DNA of 59,555 bases, the filler included, from Globobulimina sp. (lineage: Eukaryota), in NCBI GenBank assembly GCA_003354225.1. It is 10 parts of 10 records of this genome, joined end to end, with 100 filler letters (N's around TTAATTAATTAA, not from the genome) between each part and the next. Parts side by side here need not be neighbours in the genome. Positions count along the whole stretch, not along the records: positions 11,973 to 17,854 come from PIVH01000414.1; positions 17,955 to 23,822 come from PIVH01000415.1; positions 23,923 to 29,784 come from PIVH01000416.1; 7 more parts are not named here. One strand, 5' to 3'. Positions 12,457 through 24,018 of this stretch are shown here, piece after piece (position 1 is the stretch's first letter; each line of letters starts with the position of its first letter). The notes under the pieces are model-generated. The model worked only from the letters and a program-made list of their open reading frames with translations. It had not been told where the DNA came from and ran no database searches. Both the position numbers and the translations under genes were made by a program.

Positions 12457-15372
12457 TCATGCTACAGAACGTATGTTTGACATTATTATAGAAGCGGATT
12501 TAATTTGTAATTTATTATCATTAAACCTTTTGACAATTTCTTGATATATTTCCTCAGCAAATAATTTATTTTCGTTATTTATATATTTATAACATGAGCT
12601 TAATAGACAATTCCACATACTTTGATGATATTTATTGTTTGAATATTTTTCATATTTTAATATTATTTGTTTTGCATGTTTTAAATGTCCACATCTTGCT
12701 AAACCATCAACAATCGATGTCACCACATATGGATTATATTTCACTTCAATATCTTTTATCTCATTATACCACATCTGCTTTGCACCAATAATATCACCAA
12801 TATGTGAATACATATTAATTAATGTTGTATAAATTTTATAATTCAAATCAATTCCTAAATCATTCATATTTTTTAATACTTTCAAAACGTTTTCCAAATT
12901 ATTCTCATTCATCCCATAGACATAAATCATCGCATTCCAAATATCCAAATCTATTCCCAATTTATTATCTTTTTTTATATTTTCAAATATCTCATCAACA
13001 ATATCAAATTTACCATACGCACCATACATTTTTATCAAATTAACTGAAATCTCTTTTTCATTCAAAAATAATTTATTTTCTTTCATTAATTTATTATGCA
13101 TTTTCTCACCAAATTCAAAACATAAAGAATTGCAACATGCTTTAAACAAAATAGCATAACTTATATTATCTGCCACTAATTTCTTATTGATATTATATAA
13201 ATTTTTGAATAAAGAGATACATTCAATATACATCTCATTGATGCAATATATGTCCATCATTGTGTTTGTGCAAATAATATCTTTCATTTCATTTGGAATA
13301 CAATTAAATATATTTTCAGCTGCCAAAATGTCATAAAAATTACCATAAAAATTTATCATTGTGATTTTTGTAATTAAATCTTTGTTTTTTATTTTGCGAT
13401 AAATATCCTCCCCTTTCTTACGATCGTTCATTGAAATACAGCCTTTTATTGCCAGTGTATGTGATATATTATCTAATTGTAATATTTCCGAATATTTATC
13501 ATATGTTAACAATGCGTTTGATGATAAATCGTTGTTGATATAAACTGTCATCATACAATTTATGCAAACTGTATTAATTTTATTCATTTCTACCAATAAA
13601 TTAAATATTTTTTCTGCTGCAGAAATATCACCAAACATACCATAAAAATCAATGAATGAATGCAAACATTTCATTCTAATTTCAGTTATTTCACCATTTG
13701 ATAGTTGTAATTTTAAATGGATATCTTTTCCTAAATCATAATATTTTGCCAAACCACACGCTTTAATCGCATATAAATCCGATATTCCATCTGAATATTT
13801 AACACTATATTTATTATAAATCAACAATGCATTATCATATTGTTCATTATTTATATATGCTCCCATCATATTATTTAAGCTTTCTCCTTTTTCTTTATTA
13901 AATATCTTTTCTGCGGCTAAAATGTCACCAAACTCTCCATACAAATCAATTAAAGAACTCCTTAATTTTACGGGCATTTTTTTATTCATAATTTTCTTAT
14001 GTATTTCTTTACCAAACACAAAATTTTTACTTTTTATGCATGATTTAATTGCCAATGTATGTGTTAAATCATTTTTTAACTTAATATCAGTGGAATAATA
14101 TAATTTCAATGCAGTGCTAAATCTATTATCATTTATTAATGTTGTCATTAATGCATTGATTGTGGTTGCATCAATGCTGGAAATATTATTATCCAAAATC
14201 TCTTTTATTTTATCAAATTGTTTAAAATGTCCATAAAAATCGATTAAGGTATTTTGTAACTCAACACTTAAACTTTGATGCTGTTTAATATTTTTATGAA
14301 TGGCAATGCCTTTTTGATAATCGTCAATAGCAATGCATGATTTTAACGCCAGTAAATGCGTCACATCATTGTTAATCATATAATATTTATCATACAACAG
14401 CAAAGCGGGCAGATATTTCGCATTTTTATTTAATATTTTCATCATTACACCAATTAATATAACATTTTTTTCTTGATTTTCAACAGAATCAAATATGAAT
14501 TGTGCATTGTTTATATCACCAAAATGACCATAAAAATCAATTAATGATACTTTGACTGCTATTTGTAGCGCTTGATTCGTACGCAATTTATTGGCAATGG
14601 CATATCCCTTTTCTTTATTACTTGTTTTCAAACATGCTCTGATGGCCAATTTATGCGATATCTCATTATCTAAATCATATTTATCATACACTGATAATGC
14701 TTGAATGAAAAGATTATTATTAATATAAACGGTCATTAATGTGTTAAGACTAATTATATTTATCTCTTTCGCATTGATAATGGACGTGAAAATATTTTCC
14801 ACTCTTTCTATATTTTTTATTTTCCCAAAAGCTGTCATCAATGCGGTTTTATTGTAAATATCGGAATATTTAGAAATTAAATCATTCACTGTTTTTAATT
14901 GATTGTAATCATTGCATTTACTGATTAATTTACAAACTGTTTTTGAATGAGATGTTGTTTCTGATTTATCTGTTAATTTATAGTCAATTGAGTCCATTTT
15001 AGAGAGAATTAAAATGCATTGATTCAAATTAAAATCATTTGTTTTCATATAAACACAGCATTTTAATAATAATGGATAACAAATATTTGGTGTTTGCATA
15101 ATATCATTCCAAAAGGAATAAACTTTTTCGGTTTGATTAAAATGTATTAATAATTTTATGAATAAGTTTATTGTGATATCTGTTTTCGAATCATCGATTT
15201 TATTATAAATATCAAGTGTTTCTTGTATTGCTAAGTCGGGATGTTTGAAACTTGCAAACTTTTTCCCTGTCAGAATATCATGGAAAGATTTGATAGCTGT
15301 TGCATTGTTGATGCATCTTTTGCAAAATCTAACTTTGTTGTTTGTTTGTATATATGTAATATAACTGTTTGA
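12457..15372 (-). CDS. pentatricopeptide repeat (PPR) protein, PLS-like array ending in an E-like motif
   Basis: Recurring units (SLIDFYGHFGDI..A..IF / NxMMxxYINN..Y..AL.LY / HxLAIKAC). C-terminus VTSIVDGLARCGHLKHA...WNCLLSSC...SASIIMSNI. The frame stays open upstream of the ORF-track start to about 15372, so the true start is probably in a small upstream exon. Confidence 0.85.
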   Translation of the reverse strand, partial: SNSYITYIQTNNKVRFCKRCINNATAIKSFHDILTGKKFASFKHPDLAIQETLDIYNKIDDSKTDITINLFIKLLIHFNQTEKVYSFWNDIMQTPNICYPLLLKCCVYMKTNDFNLNQCILILSKMDSIDYKLTDKSETTSHSKTVCKLISKCNDYNQLKTVNDLISKYSDIYNKTALMTAFGKIKNIERVENIFTSIINAKEINIISLNTLMTVYINNNLFIQALSVYDKYDLDNEISHKLAIRACLKTSNKEKGYAIANKLRTNQALQIAVKVSLIDFYGHFGDINNAQFIFDSVENQEKNVILIGVMMKILNKNAKYLPALLLYDKYYMINNDVTHLLALKSCIAIDDYQKGIAIHKNIKQHQSLSVELQNTLIDFYGHFKQFDKIKEILDNNISSIDATTINALMTTLINDNRFSTALKLYYSTDIKLKNDLTHTLAIKSCIKSKNFVFGKEIHKKIMNKKMPVKLRSSLIDLYGEFGDILAAEKIFNKEKGESLNNMMGAYINNEQYDNALLIYNKYSVKYSDGISDLYAIKACGLAKYYDLGKDIHLKLQLSNGEITEIRMKCLHSFIDFYGMFGDISAAEKIFNLLVEMNKINTVCINCMMTVYINNDLSSNALLTYDKYSEILQLDNISHTLAIKGCISMNDRKKGEDIYRKIKNKDLITKITMINFYGNFYDILAAENIFNCIPNEMKDIICTNTMMDIYCINEMYIECISLFKNLYNINKKLVADNISYAILFKACCNSLCFEFGEKMHNKLMKENKLFLNEKEISVNLIKMYGAYGKFDIVDEIFENIKKDNKLGIDLDIWNAMIYVYGMNENNLENVLKVLKNMNDLGIDLNYKIYTTLINMYSHIGDIIGAKQMWYNEIKDIEVKYNPYVVTSIVDGLARCGHLKHAKQIILKYEKYSNNKYHQSMWNCLLSSCYKYINNENKLFAEEIYQEIVKRFNDNKLQIKSASIIMSNIRSVA

Positions 15373-15493
15373 TCAGGAAAAGGAAAGAAATTTCAATACA
15401 TACTATGTAATATACACGCTATTTTCCCGTTTGTTTTGAGGTATTTTGGTGTCATTCTTTTGTCTCACTACTTAGAAAATCGCTAAGTAGATA

Positions 15494-16699
15494 ATGAATA
15501 CAGGTCGTAGCTTGTATGCTAAATCAAGCCTAACAGCGGGATTAACCTGTATTGCGGGCTATTGTTTGTATCACAAGAACAGACTGTTGCAGCAACACAA
15601 ATACCACGCAATGATCCACATGGATTTGAATAAAACCATGATTATGAGCGATGCAGTGCAAGGCTTAGGATTCAGACAATCAATAAACACGATATTAGCA
15701 GATACATCATGTTGGGGAAAGGTAGTCGATGATACTACACAATCAAAACAAGCGATTAATAATAAATTATGGCAACCAATGCTGATAGAAACAGACAAAA
15801 ATAAAATCAAACAAGAATTAATAACATATGGCAACTTTGTTCGTTTACAATTGCCATATACCAATAACTCGGTAAACCCAGAAATAAAACATAAACGGAA
15901 AACGTTAAGAGAGCAATTTACAAATATCGGACATGCCGGTCACCAGTATTCAAATATTGCGGAAACACTATTCGATAAATTACATAATGTACATATTATG
16001 CCTGCTTTTTTCAATTTGATTGATTTCTTATTTGATAAATATAAAAACAACCACAACCAATCATTTTCAATCATATTCCGGACGTTTGGCATGGATTTGC
16101 CTCAAGTTATTGATGAATTTAATAAATATTGTGTCCAAAAAGGATATGATGAATTATTATCTGTTGATTTAACCGATCCGTTAAGTCATGGTGTTATGGT
16201 ATATAATAAAAATGAATTATATTTTGCGATTGGTACATTTGAAGTAGATCCAAAATATAATCGAATTACAAAAGAAATGACTTTAGAAACACTTAATAGC
16301 GCGGACAGATTATCATTTTATGCGAACAATGAAAATGTTAAATTTATATTGAAAGGATTCGAAGATATCTATGAATTTATTCGCAAGCAATCGTTTGAAA
16401 AGAAAAAAACTATGGCAATACGCGATGATTATTGTTATTGGGCTTTGAATGGCGAGAAAAGTGAATTTGGAAAAACAATGATAATGAATAAAAACGATAG
16501 CGATATTCATCCCATATTTTTCGATGACTGTGCGAGTTATTTGATTAATGCGCGAGATATAAATGACATATCAAAACAAATGCGCTTCCAAGAGATTGAT
16601 GGTATTTATGCAGTGCAATGCAACAGCTATGAAATTATGATAAATGACAATTTTTTTATTGATTCTTTGCAAAAAGCAAGGAATAGGTTTTTAAATTAA
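15494..16699 (+). CDS. uncharacterised HAD-superfamily-like protein
   Basis: IHMDLNKTMIMSD (motif I-like), IIFRTFGMD (motif II-like), HPIFFDD (motif IV-like). The N-terminus may be a targeting or anchor segment. Confidence 0.55.
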   Translation: MNTGRSLYAKSSLTAGLTCIAGYCLYHKNRLLQQHKYHAMIHMDLNKTMIMSDAVQGLGFRQSINTILADTSCWGKVVDDTTQSKQAINNKLWQPMLIETDKNKIKQELITYGNFVRLQLPYTNNSVNPEIKHKRKTLREQFTNIGHAGHQYSNIAETLFDKLHNVHIMPAFFNLIDFLFDKYKNNHNQSFSIIFRTFGMDLPQVIDEFNKYCVQKGYDELLSVDLTDPLSHGVMVYNKNELYFAIGTFEVDPKYNRITKEMTLETLNSADRLSFYANNENVKFILKGFEDIYEFIRKQSFEKKKTMAIRDDYCYWALNGEKSEFGKTMIMNKNDSDIHPIFFDDCASYLINARDINDISKQMRFQEIDGIYAVQCNSYEIMINDNFFIDSLQKARNRFLN

Positions 16700-16742
16700 A
16701 TAAACTTGCACTTTAAGGGAAATTAAAAAACTCTGTTCAGCA

Positions 16743-17345
16743 ATGTCTCAACTTGTTGAAGAAAAGAAAGAAGCTACAAATAACAATGATGACTTGATCA
16801 TTGCACTAGGATCATCATCATATATTAAAAAGAAAGTGATTGAAGAAACATTTGGTAAAAAATGCACAGTAATTTCATTAAAATTTGCATCAGGAGTTCC
16901 TGAACAACCGGTCGGTAAACAACAAACCAAACAAGGTGCGAAATATAGAGCAAATACAGCAAAACAATTGGAGCCAAATGCTTGTATATGGATTGGGATA
17001 GAAAATGGAATGTATAGAGAGTGCCCAATACACAAAAATAATAACAATAACAAGAAAGACATTGATATTTTTGACAATTGGTTTGATATTGGATGCATTG
17101 TTATAATTTATAAAAATAAAAATAATGAATTGATTGAAGATGTAATATGGTCCGAATCGTTAGCAATACCCATCAAAGCTACAAAGGAATGTCTGACAAA
17201 AAATGGGAAAACTGCCAAGAATAATGGTAACTACACTTGGTCTCCACTAAAAGATCCGCACTATGAATTAACAAATGGTAAGAAACCACGCAAAATCTGG
17301 TTATTAGATGCTATGAAAAAATGGAAACATGATTCTATGTTTTAG
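16743..17345 (+). CDS. non-canonical purine NTP phosphatase (ITPase/XTPase, YjjX/DUF84 family)
   Basis: IIALGSSSYIKK, SGVPEQPVG..QTKQGAKYRA, WIGIENG are YjjX-family signatures. Confidence 0.8.
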   Translation: MSQLVEEKKEATNNNDDLIIALGSSSYIKKKVIEETFGKKCTVISLKFASGVPEQPVGKQQTKQGAKYRANTAKQLEPNACIWIGIENGMYRECPIHKNNNNNKKDIDIFDNWFDIGCIVIIYKNKNNELIEDVIWSESLAIPIKATKECLTKNGKTAKNNGNYTWSPLKDPHYELTNGKKPRKIWLLDAMKKWKHDSMF

Positions 17346-17579
17346 GCTGTGGTTGGTTTGGAGAGTGATAACATTCTTAATTACTGCTCTTGTTTTTGTG
17401 TATTCATAACGTACCTATTCCGGATTTATAGCACGGGAAAATGTTCTTAGTCCGACTATTTTAGTTATCGTGGTTCCAGTGAGTCTAAATTATACAATGG
17501 CTGCAGTTGGAAAGCAATTGCAATGTCAATAACGTACAAATAAGGACAAAGAAATTAGACTGATGAATAAGTAATATTA

Positions 17580-17854
17580 TTATGACTGACTTGGATCCCA
17601 AATCCAAACAGGTGCCGACCATTTGACACCGTACTCAATTGGCGTCGATGAATGTAAACTCATATAATCAACATTCCCATCATCTAAAATGGAATAAAAT
17701 GCAGCAACATGTCCCTTTTTTGGTGTCACGCTTAGATTCGCCAAAGGAAATGTTGTAGCACCGCCTTGATCATCGTTCAATGTATTTAAATATAATAAAA
17801 ATGTTAAATATCTCATCTGTTCTCTATTTGTATTATAATCGGAATGCGGTTTAA
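17580..17854 (-). CDS. prolyl 4-hydroxylase alpha-like 2OG-Fe(II) dioxygenase, 3' fragment
   Basis: KPHSDY...RYLTFLLYLN...GGATTFP...SLHSSTPIEYGVKWSAPVWI (HxD...H triad, 2OG-binding K). Confidence 0.88.
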
Positions 17855-17955
17855 NNNNNNNNNNNNNNNNNNNNNNNNNNNNNNNNNNNNNNNNNNNNTT
17901 AATTAATTAANNNNNNNNNNNNNNNNNNNNNNNNNNNNNNNNNNNNNNNNNNNNG

Positions 17956-20900
17956 GTAGATTGGAAAGAGTCAAAAATCTTGAAATTACATGCTCATATT
18001 AATTAAGAAGGCGAAGGCGAACTATCATTGGATTCCTTTATGCGATTTATGATGACACCCAGTAATAAATCGTCATGGAAAGAATTAAAATCTGCCATTA
18101 ATGCCTCGATTAGTTTACCCACTCAAAAATCTATCCGTGAGTCTGACATTTCGCCCGAATTATATCAAAAGAAATTATCGCAAATGGAGAAATTAGTCAA
18201 TATGATGGAAGAAGCAGTGGTAGAACAGCAATTACCTTCTGACGAGCAACAATATTGGAAAAATAAAATATTAGCACACAGAGAGTTTATTCGCGCCCAT
18301 CAAGACGCGGTGGGTAAAGCCATGGGTACTGCAGCCACCAAATTAAAGAAGAAATTAAATCAGTTAGAGAAGAAAAACCGCCGTTTATCTGAATTTGCCG
18401 TGTCAATGGGTATCGACCCTGAGGATGACAAAGCACTTAAAAAAGCGAAAAAATCGGGTGGTCGCTCCGGCAGTGTACAATTACAGCACGCCATTGCTTC
18501 GAATGAAGATAATGAGCTTCTTATCCGCCGCTTACGCCGCGACAACGAAGAATTTAAACGGAAAATCCAAGCGCAACAAGGCGATTTACGCAAATTGCAA
18601 AACGAAAAGAAAAGGAGTGGCAGCACCACACCACGCACAGCCTCGCGTAGAGGGAGCAAATTAAATTTAGAAGACACCCAAATCGAAGAAATGATGAGCA
18701 AATTAAAAAAGGAGAACTATGAATTGCGCAATGAACGAAACGAGTTACGCAAAGAACGGGATTTATTAGACACGCAATTAAAAGCCAGCAAAGATAAAGT
18801 CAATAAATTATCGCAATTAATGGGCGATGACGAGGACTTATTAAAGCAATTAGCCTTAGCTCGAGCTGATGCGCGGCAACAAAGACGCGAGAAAAAGGAT
18901 TTGCGCGCCGAGGCTATCAAATTGAAGGGGATTGGCAAGGGCTTGCAACGTAAACTAATCGCGTTGGCGAAGCGAGTGGCGAAGTACGACCCGGAGATGG
19001 GGCACAGAATTATGGAGAAGACCTCCGCCAATGAGATGATTGATGAGTTGGCCACGCAGTTAACTGCAATGATCGAAAAGTATGAGTTGTCGCAGGAAGA
19101 GGTGAAGAAATTAAAGAAGCAGATAAAAGACGAGCAAAGGAAGCATGAGGTGGAGATTCAGAATTTAAAGGACAAATTAAAAGAAAGGAAACAGATTATT
19201 AAACAACGCGATGTTCGCATTGCTGAATTGGAGGAGTTATTGGCGGAAAAGAAGGAAGATTTAGAAAATATGGAGGAGAAATTGCGTGATGCCCAAGAAT
19301 ATCATAAGGATAATAAAAAATATCGACGCAAAATTGCTGATTTAGAGGATGAAATTGCGCAGTTTGAGCAAATGAGAGAAACATATCAAAAGGAATTGGG
19401 TATGTGTCTATGTGCGCAATTTCGCAAATATACGTATTATAAATATAAATATATATAATTAGCGGAGGCCAAACAAAGAGAAAAGAACTTCAAGAAACAG
19501 TTGAGAATGATCGAGAAGATGCCAGGCAATGCGTCTATGCTTAAAAAAATTGATCGTTTACATAAAATGTTTACGAAATTGGATTTAGATCGCGACGGAT
19601 TTTTAACTTTCGAAGAGTTTCAACCGGGCGCAGCTGATTTTGGTTTTGGAGAAACCATTGAAGAGCAACGCGCAGGCTTTGAAGCCATGGATAAAGACTA
19701 CGATAAAAAGATTAACTTTGAAGATTTTAAACAAGCATGTTTACGAAATATGGAACGATCGGCGAATAAATCTGATGAAGAATGGAAAATGACGTATAAG
19801 TTATTGAGTAAACCGCCGTCGAAATGGAATAATGAAGACGTAAATTTATGGCTGTCGCATATTGGTCTGGATCAATACCAGGAGGAGTTTGATAACGTAG
19901 ATGGTAATATGTTGATTAATATGAAGAATCAACGCGATGTCAAAGATTGGGGGGTCCAAAAAAATGCGCACGTTCGCAAAATGATGCGGGAGATTAAAGA
20001 CTTGAAAGCCAGGGACGATTTATTGAGTAATTTAAATTATGATAATCAGAAATTAAAGCAGGAGTTGGATAATATGAACAAGAATGGACCGACGTGGCAG
20101 GCGGTCCATACCTTACAACGAAAGATCCGCGATTTAGAAGGACAAGTAAGAAAAGAGAAATATGCGCGAGAGAATATTATGATTAATGTGAAAGATCAAT
20201 TGAAAAATGACAAGCGATTTGATAATATCTCGCCAGATTATGAGGATGTATTGGCGGAGGTGGCGTTGTTAAAAGGTGCGATGGCCGACGCCAATCAGAA
20301 ATTAACCAATAAAGATAAGAAGAAACACGATACCGGCTCTGCCTATGACAATGACGAGTCACCGGCCTCGCAATTGAAGAATTATGGGCAGCCCATTGGG
20401 CGCTTCTTGCAGAAATGGTATGTGTTGGCCAATCACAGTACGCAATATTGGATATCGCGCACCAATGCGGAGTTAAAAACACGCGATGAACATTATAAGA
20501 AAATGAAAGAAGCGCGAAAGAGAAAGAAGAAGAAGCAATACGGAAGCGATGAAGATGCGGATGATGATAAGTATGACGATGACGATGATGACGAGGAGGA
20601 CAGCGATGCAGAGGAGGAGAGAGACGAAGAATATACGGAATCATTGGATTGGATATTATTTGATACGCGGCAGAAGAGATTGATCAGCGAGTTGCGAATA
20701 CAAGGACGGGGCGCTCCGAATGACCCAAAAGATATTAAGTTGCAAATGAGCGCCTCGCCATCGGGGCCATGGACCACAGTGAAAGAGCATGCCATGGATA
20801 ATAAAGGGGATAAGGAGAAAGTGGGCGGTTTTGAGGCGGAGGCGAGGTTTTGGAGAGTGGTATTTTTATCCAATTATGGTGAACAGGAACCAGATGCACC

Positions 20901-20979
20901 GCGCTATGTATTGTATGAATGCCAGTTCTGGGGACCCTTAGATGATGAAGTGGAAAATAATCATTTTGTAATAGAATAA
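17956..20979 (+). CDS. coiled-coil + EF-hand pair + SAM + C-terminal discoidin (F5/8 type C)-like protein
   Basis: The two ORFs are joined by an intron at about 19400-19461. EF loops DLDRDGFLTFEEF and DKDYDKKINFEDF, SAM WNNEDVNLWLSHIGLDQYQEEFDNVDG, and discoidin-like DWILFD...PKDIKLQMS...ARFWRVVFLSNYG. Confidence 0.75.
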
Positions 20980-21313
20980 ATGCATATTTGTAGCAGCAAA
21001 TTAAAGTATTTTTTAATTTATAACTAGTTTCTCCTTATATTTGTTATATGTGTTTAGTACAATATTTATTTATGGTGTATTGTTTGGATATTTCTGTTTT
21101 AGTTGTACAGCCTGTATTTTTTGTTTGTTTTTTTTTGTTGTTGTATAGAAAAATGACAATTTTTGTTGAATATTCATGTGTTAACTAACTAGTGTGAATA
21201 TTACTGCATTCATTTTTTTTGTCTGTTATTTATTATTGTGTTCATGGTTTTGTTGTAACTGTCATAGAATAGTAAATTTTAGTCATAGTGAATTCAAACG
21301 TGAGGTCCTTTAT

Positions 21314-22162
21314 TTATGATATTGGAAGAAAGTATTTCATTTTCCCTTCAAAATACGCTTTTCCATGCATATGCTCATTATTCCGTAATCTATTGCAATT
21401 GCCACGGTATTGATTAATTGTAGAATCACAAAGGTATAAACATTTGCATTTCACTATGATTGAGCTCCAATACGTTTTACTATTCTTTGTTACATCATAG
21501 CCAATAATATGAGATTTATTCATTTCTATTGAATTATTGCACATAATAATCAATTTATTGACCATTATCTCACTATTTTCAATTTTAAAATCACCATTCA
21601 CTTTTAATATAATCAAGTAATTGGGATCATTGTGTGATATTTGCATGCCGTGAATTGTTAAGTTATTATATTCATATAACTTATTACTTTTGAAAGGGAC
21701 CGTCAAATCATTTTTGCATGGTAATGACTCAAAATCTAACAATAAATCCTCTCCAATAAAATCGTGTGCGTATAACCATTGTTTTGCCCATAATTCATTA
21801 GTATGCGGGTATTTGTTGCTCCTTTTTTTATTTACTTTTATTCTAAGCTCAAATGAAAATGGATCATAATCATATTCATATATCAAAGCAATGATATCAT
21901 TTGGAATGTAGTTATCTGATGATAAAGCTCGAATAAATCCGAAAAACAAATGTTTTGATGGATCATATGGATGGTCCAGATATTCATATTCTTCATTAAA
22001 CAGCACGGATTTGTCTGTGAATTCAGTAATACTATGAATGGTCTGTTTGTAATCTGCTGCTTCTGCTGCTGCTGCTTCAACATAATTAATTTTGATCAAT
22101 TGATGTATGTCTCCTGTTTGATCAATTGCGATCGAACGCATTCTATCTGGAAAACAACCCAT
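21314..22162 (-). CDS. hypothetical protein (start uncertain)
   Basis: 282-aa ORF containing HLFFGFIR...IPNDIIALIYEY, a short motif resembling an F-box/SOCS-box-like helix. Confidence 0.5.
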   Translation of the reverse strand: MGCFPDRMRSIAIDQTGDIHQLIKINYVEAAAAEAADYKQTIHSITEFTDKSVLFNEEYEYLDHPYDPSKHLFFGFIRALSSDNYIPNDIIALIYEYDYDPFSFELRIKVNKKRSNKYPHTNELWAKQWLYAHDFIGEDLLLDFESLPCKNDLTVPFKSNKLYEYNNLTIHGMQISHNDPNYLIILKVNGDFKIENSEIMVNKLIIMCNNSIEMNKSHIIGYDVTKNSKTYWSSIIVKCKCLYLCDSTINQYRGNCNRLRNNEHMHGKAYFEGKMKYFLPIS

Positions 22163-22431
22163 GCAGTCAAGGCAACAGCGGTTCGCAAATCCAATACAAA
22201 GTCAGAACAAATGTATAACTGAATGGAATGTATGCAAAGGCCAAAGGGGTGAGTTATCCAATGGAATATATCGTTTAAAAGTTATAAATCTGCTCTGCAA
22301 CATTAGCGCTTGTATCAAAATGCATAACTTATATTTGATGAGATGACAAACAAAAAAAACAAAACAAGAAAATATAACACAATTACTCAATTACACAATA
22401 ACACAGCATAAAAAATAATAATACGATACAT

Positions 22432-23170
22432 TTACGCAGAAAAAAATTTATTAATCCAATATGCCGGTATTCTATTTGATAGCATCTTACTTGCAATCGT
22501 ATCATGTGGCATTCGGTTATCTTTCATATTTACATATTGAGTTAAATCTGGTGGTTCAACCCTATTGGACCAAAATTTTAAATCTTCCTCTTTAACATAT
22601 TTACAACAAGTTGTACCTGCACCGGTACCATAATTATCATTTCGACTCAATTCTCCAGCTGGTTTTGAAATATTTTTCTGTTTTGGGGCGGCATTTTTTT
22701 TATTTTTCAGTTTTTCAATGGATTGCGCTCTAACAAAAATTCCATATTTTTTTTCACAAATAAAATATTTAATTCCTTGAACTGTTCCATTATTTTTACC
22801 CAATGGTCGTTCCAATTGAATTCCATACCAAATAACATCAGGCTTAAACTCTGTTGTTCCAATATACCGTATTATGCCATGACAATTCTTATTAATCACA
22901 TTAACAATATCACCAACAGTCACTCTTAAGCTATTATTACATGCCTCGAATGTCTGAATATCTTTTCTTTTCACAAAATATAAACCATTTGAGGTTGCTA
23001 CATTTTCATTCATATTTTGAAATTGATTTAAATTTATATTTTGATTTTTTTCATTCAATTGAACACCATAAAATGTTCCAATTTGTCGTTCAATGCATCC
23101 AATAAATCTGACTATTGCTTTTGACTCTCGATTGGCAAATGACGGGTTTTTTACCCAAACCTTTGGTTTT
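22432..23170 (-). CDS. CAP-Gly domain protein (one canonical and one degenerate CAP-Gly)
   Basis: GIIRYIG..WYGIQLERPLGKNNGTVQGIKYFIC..YGIFVR. The upstream in-frame VWVK...AIVRFIG...FYGVQL is a second, degenerate copy. Confidence 0.85.
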
Positions 23171-23342
23171 TTATTTTAATTATAATTATTAATTATATTA
23201 CGTTTCCTAATTCCTACACAACATCACATGAAAAATAACTTAACTACGTCATTAATTGTGACCACAGCAGACTCTGACATTGTGATTAATCAGTTTTTAA
23301 ATAATTGTAGTTTTAAGATACTTCAACTTCAGTTCAGTTGTC

Positions 23343-23822
23343 ATGTTGTTATCAGAACGGGTTGTTTCCACAGCAAGTTCAAAGACCAAAACACTGCTTT
23401 ATACCATATCATTTGTATTTTTATTTCTTTTTTTGGAATACTCATTAAATTATATATCCTCAACAAGTTATTCATCGTTCGGAAATATTGCAGACAATGA
23501 CGATACGAAAAATTACGAAAAATATAAAAATAGATATGAAAGTTACGAAAAGTTTGAAAAATCGAAAACTTCATTGTCCTCAGGCTCTGCAGCTGATACA
23601 TCATTTGCATCTTTAAGTTCATCATTAATTGAAAAAGAAAAGTTGTTAATAGAAAAAGAAGAAAAATATGTGGTTGCATTACAAAAATTGAATGAAAGAG
23701 ATTTGAAATTAAATTATGTGGATGAACAATTATATAAATTGCAATCATTATTAAATACATATAAGATTCACACAAAAAATTTGCAAACAAAATTGGGGGA
23801 ATTGGAAAATAAATTTAATAAT
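23343..23822 (+). CDS. hypothetical type II membrane / coiled-coil protein, 5' fragment
   Basis: N-terminal hydrophobic helix followed by a coiled coil. Open to the contig end. Confidence 0.5.
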
Positions 23823-24018
23823 NNNNNNNNNNNNNNNNNNNNNNNNNNNNNNNNNNNNNNNNNNNNTTAATTAATTAANNNNNNNNNNNNNNNNNNNNNN
23901 NNNNNNNNNNNNNNNNNNNNNNCAAAACCGCACTGACATCACCACGACGGACTGGCGCAAAAAGTATAAATTTTTCAGTAAATTACGCGACTCCAACAAC
24001 ACAAAAACGGCAGAAAAG

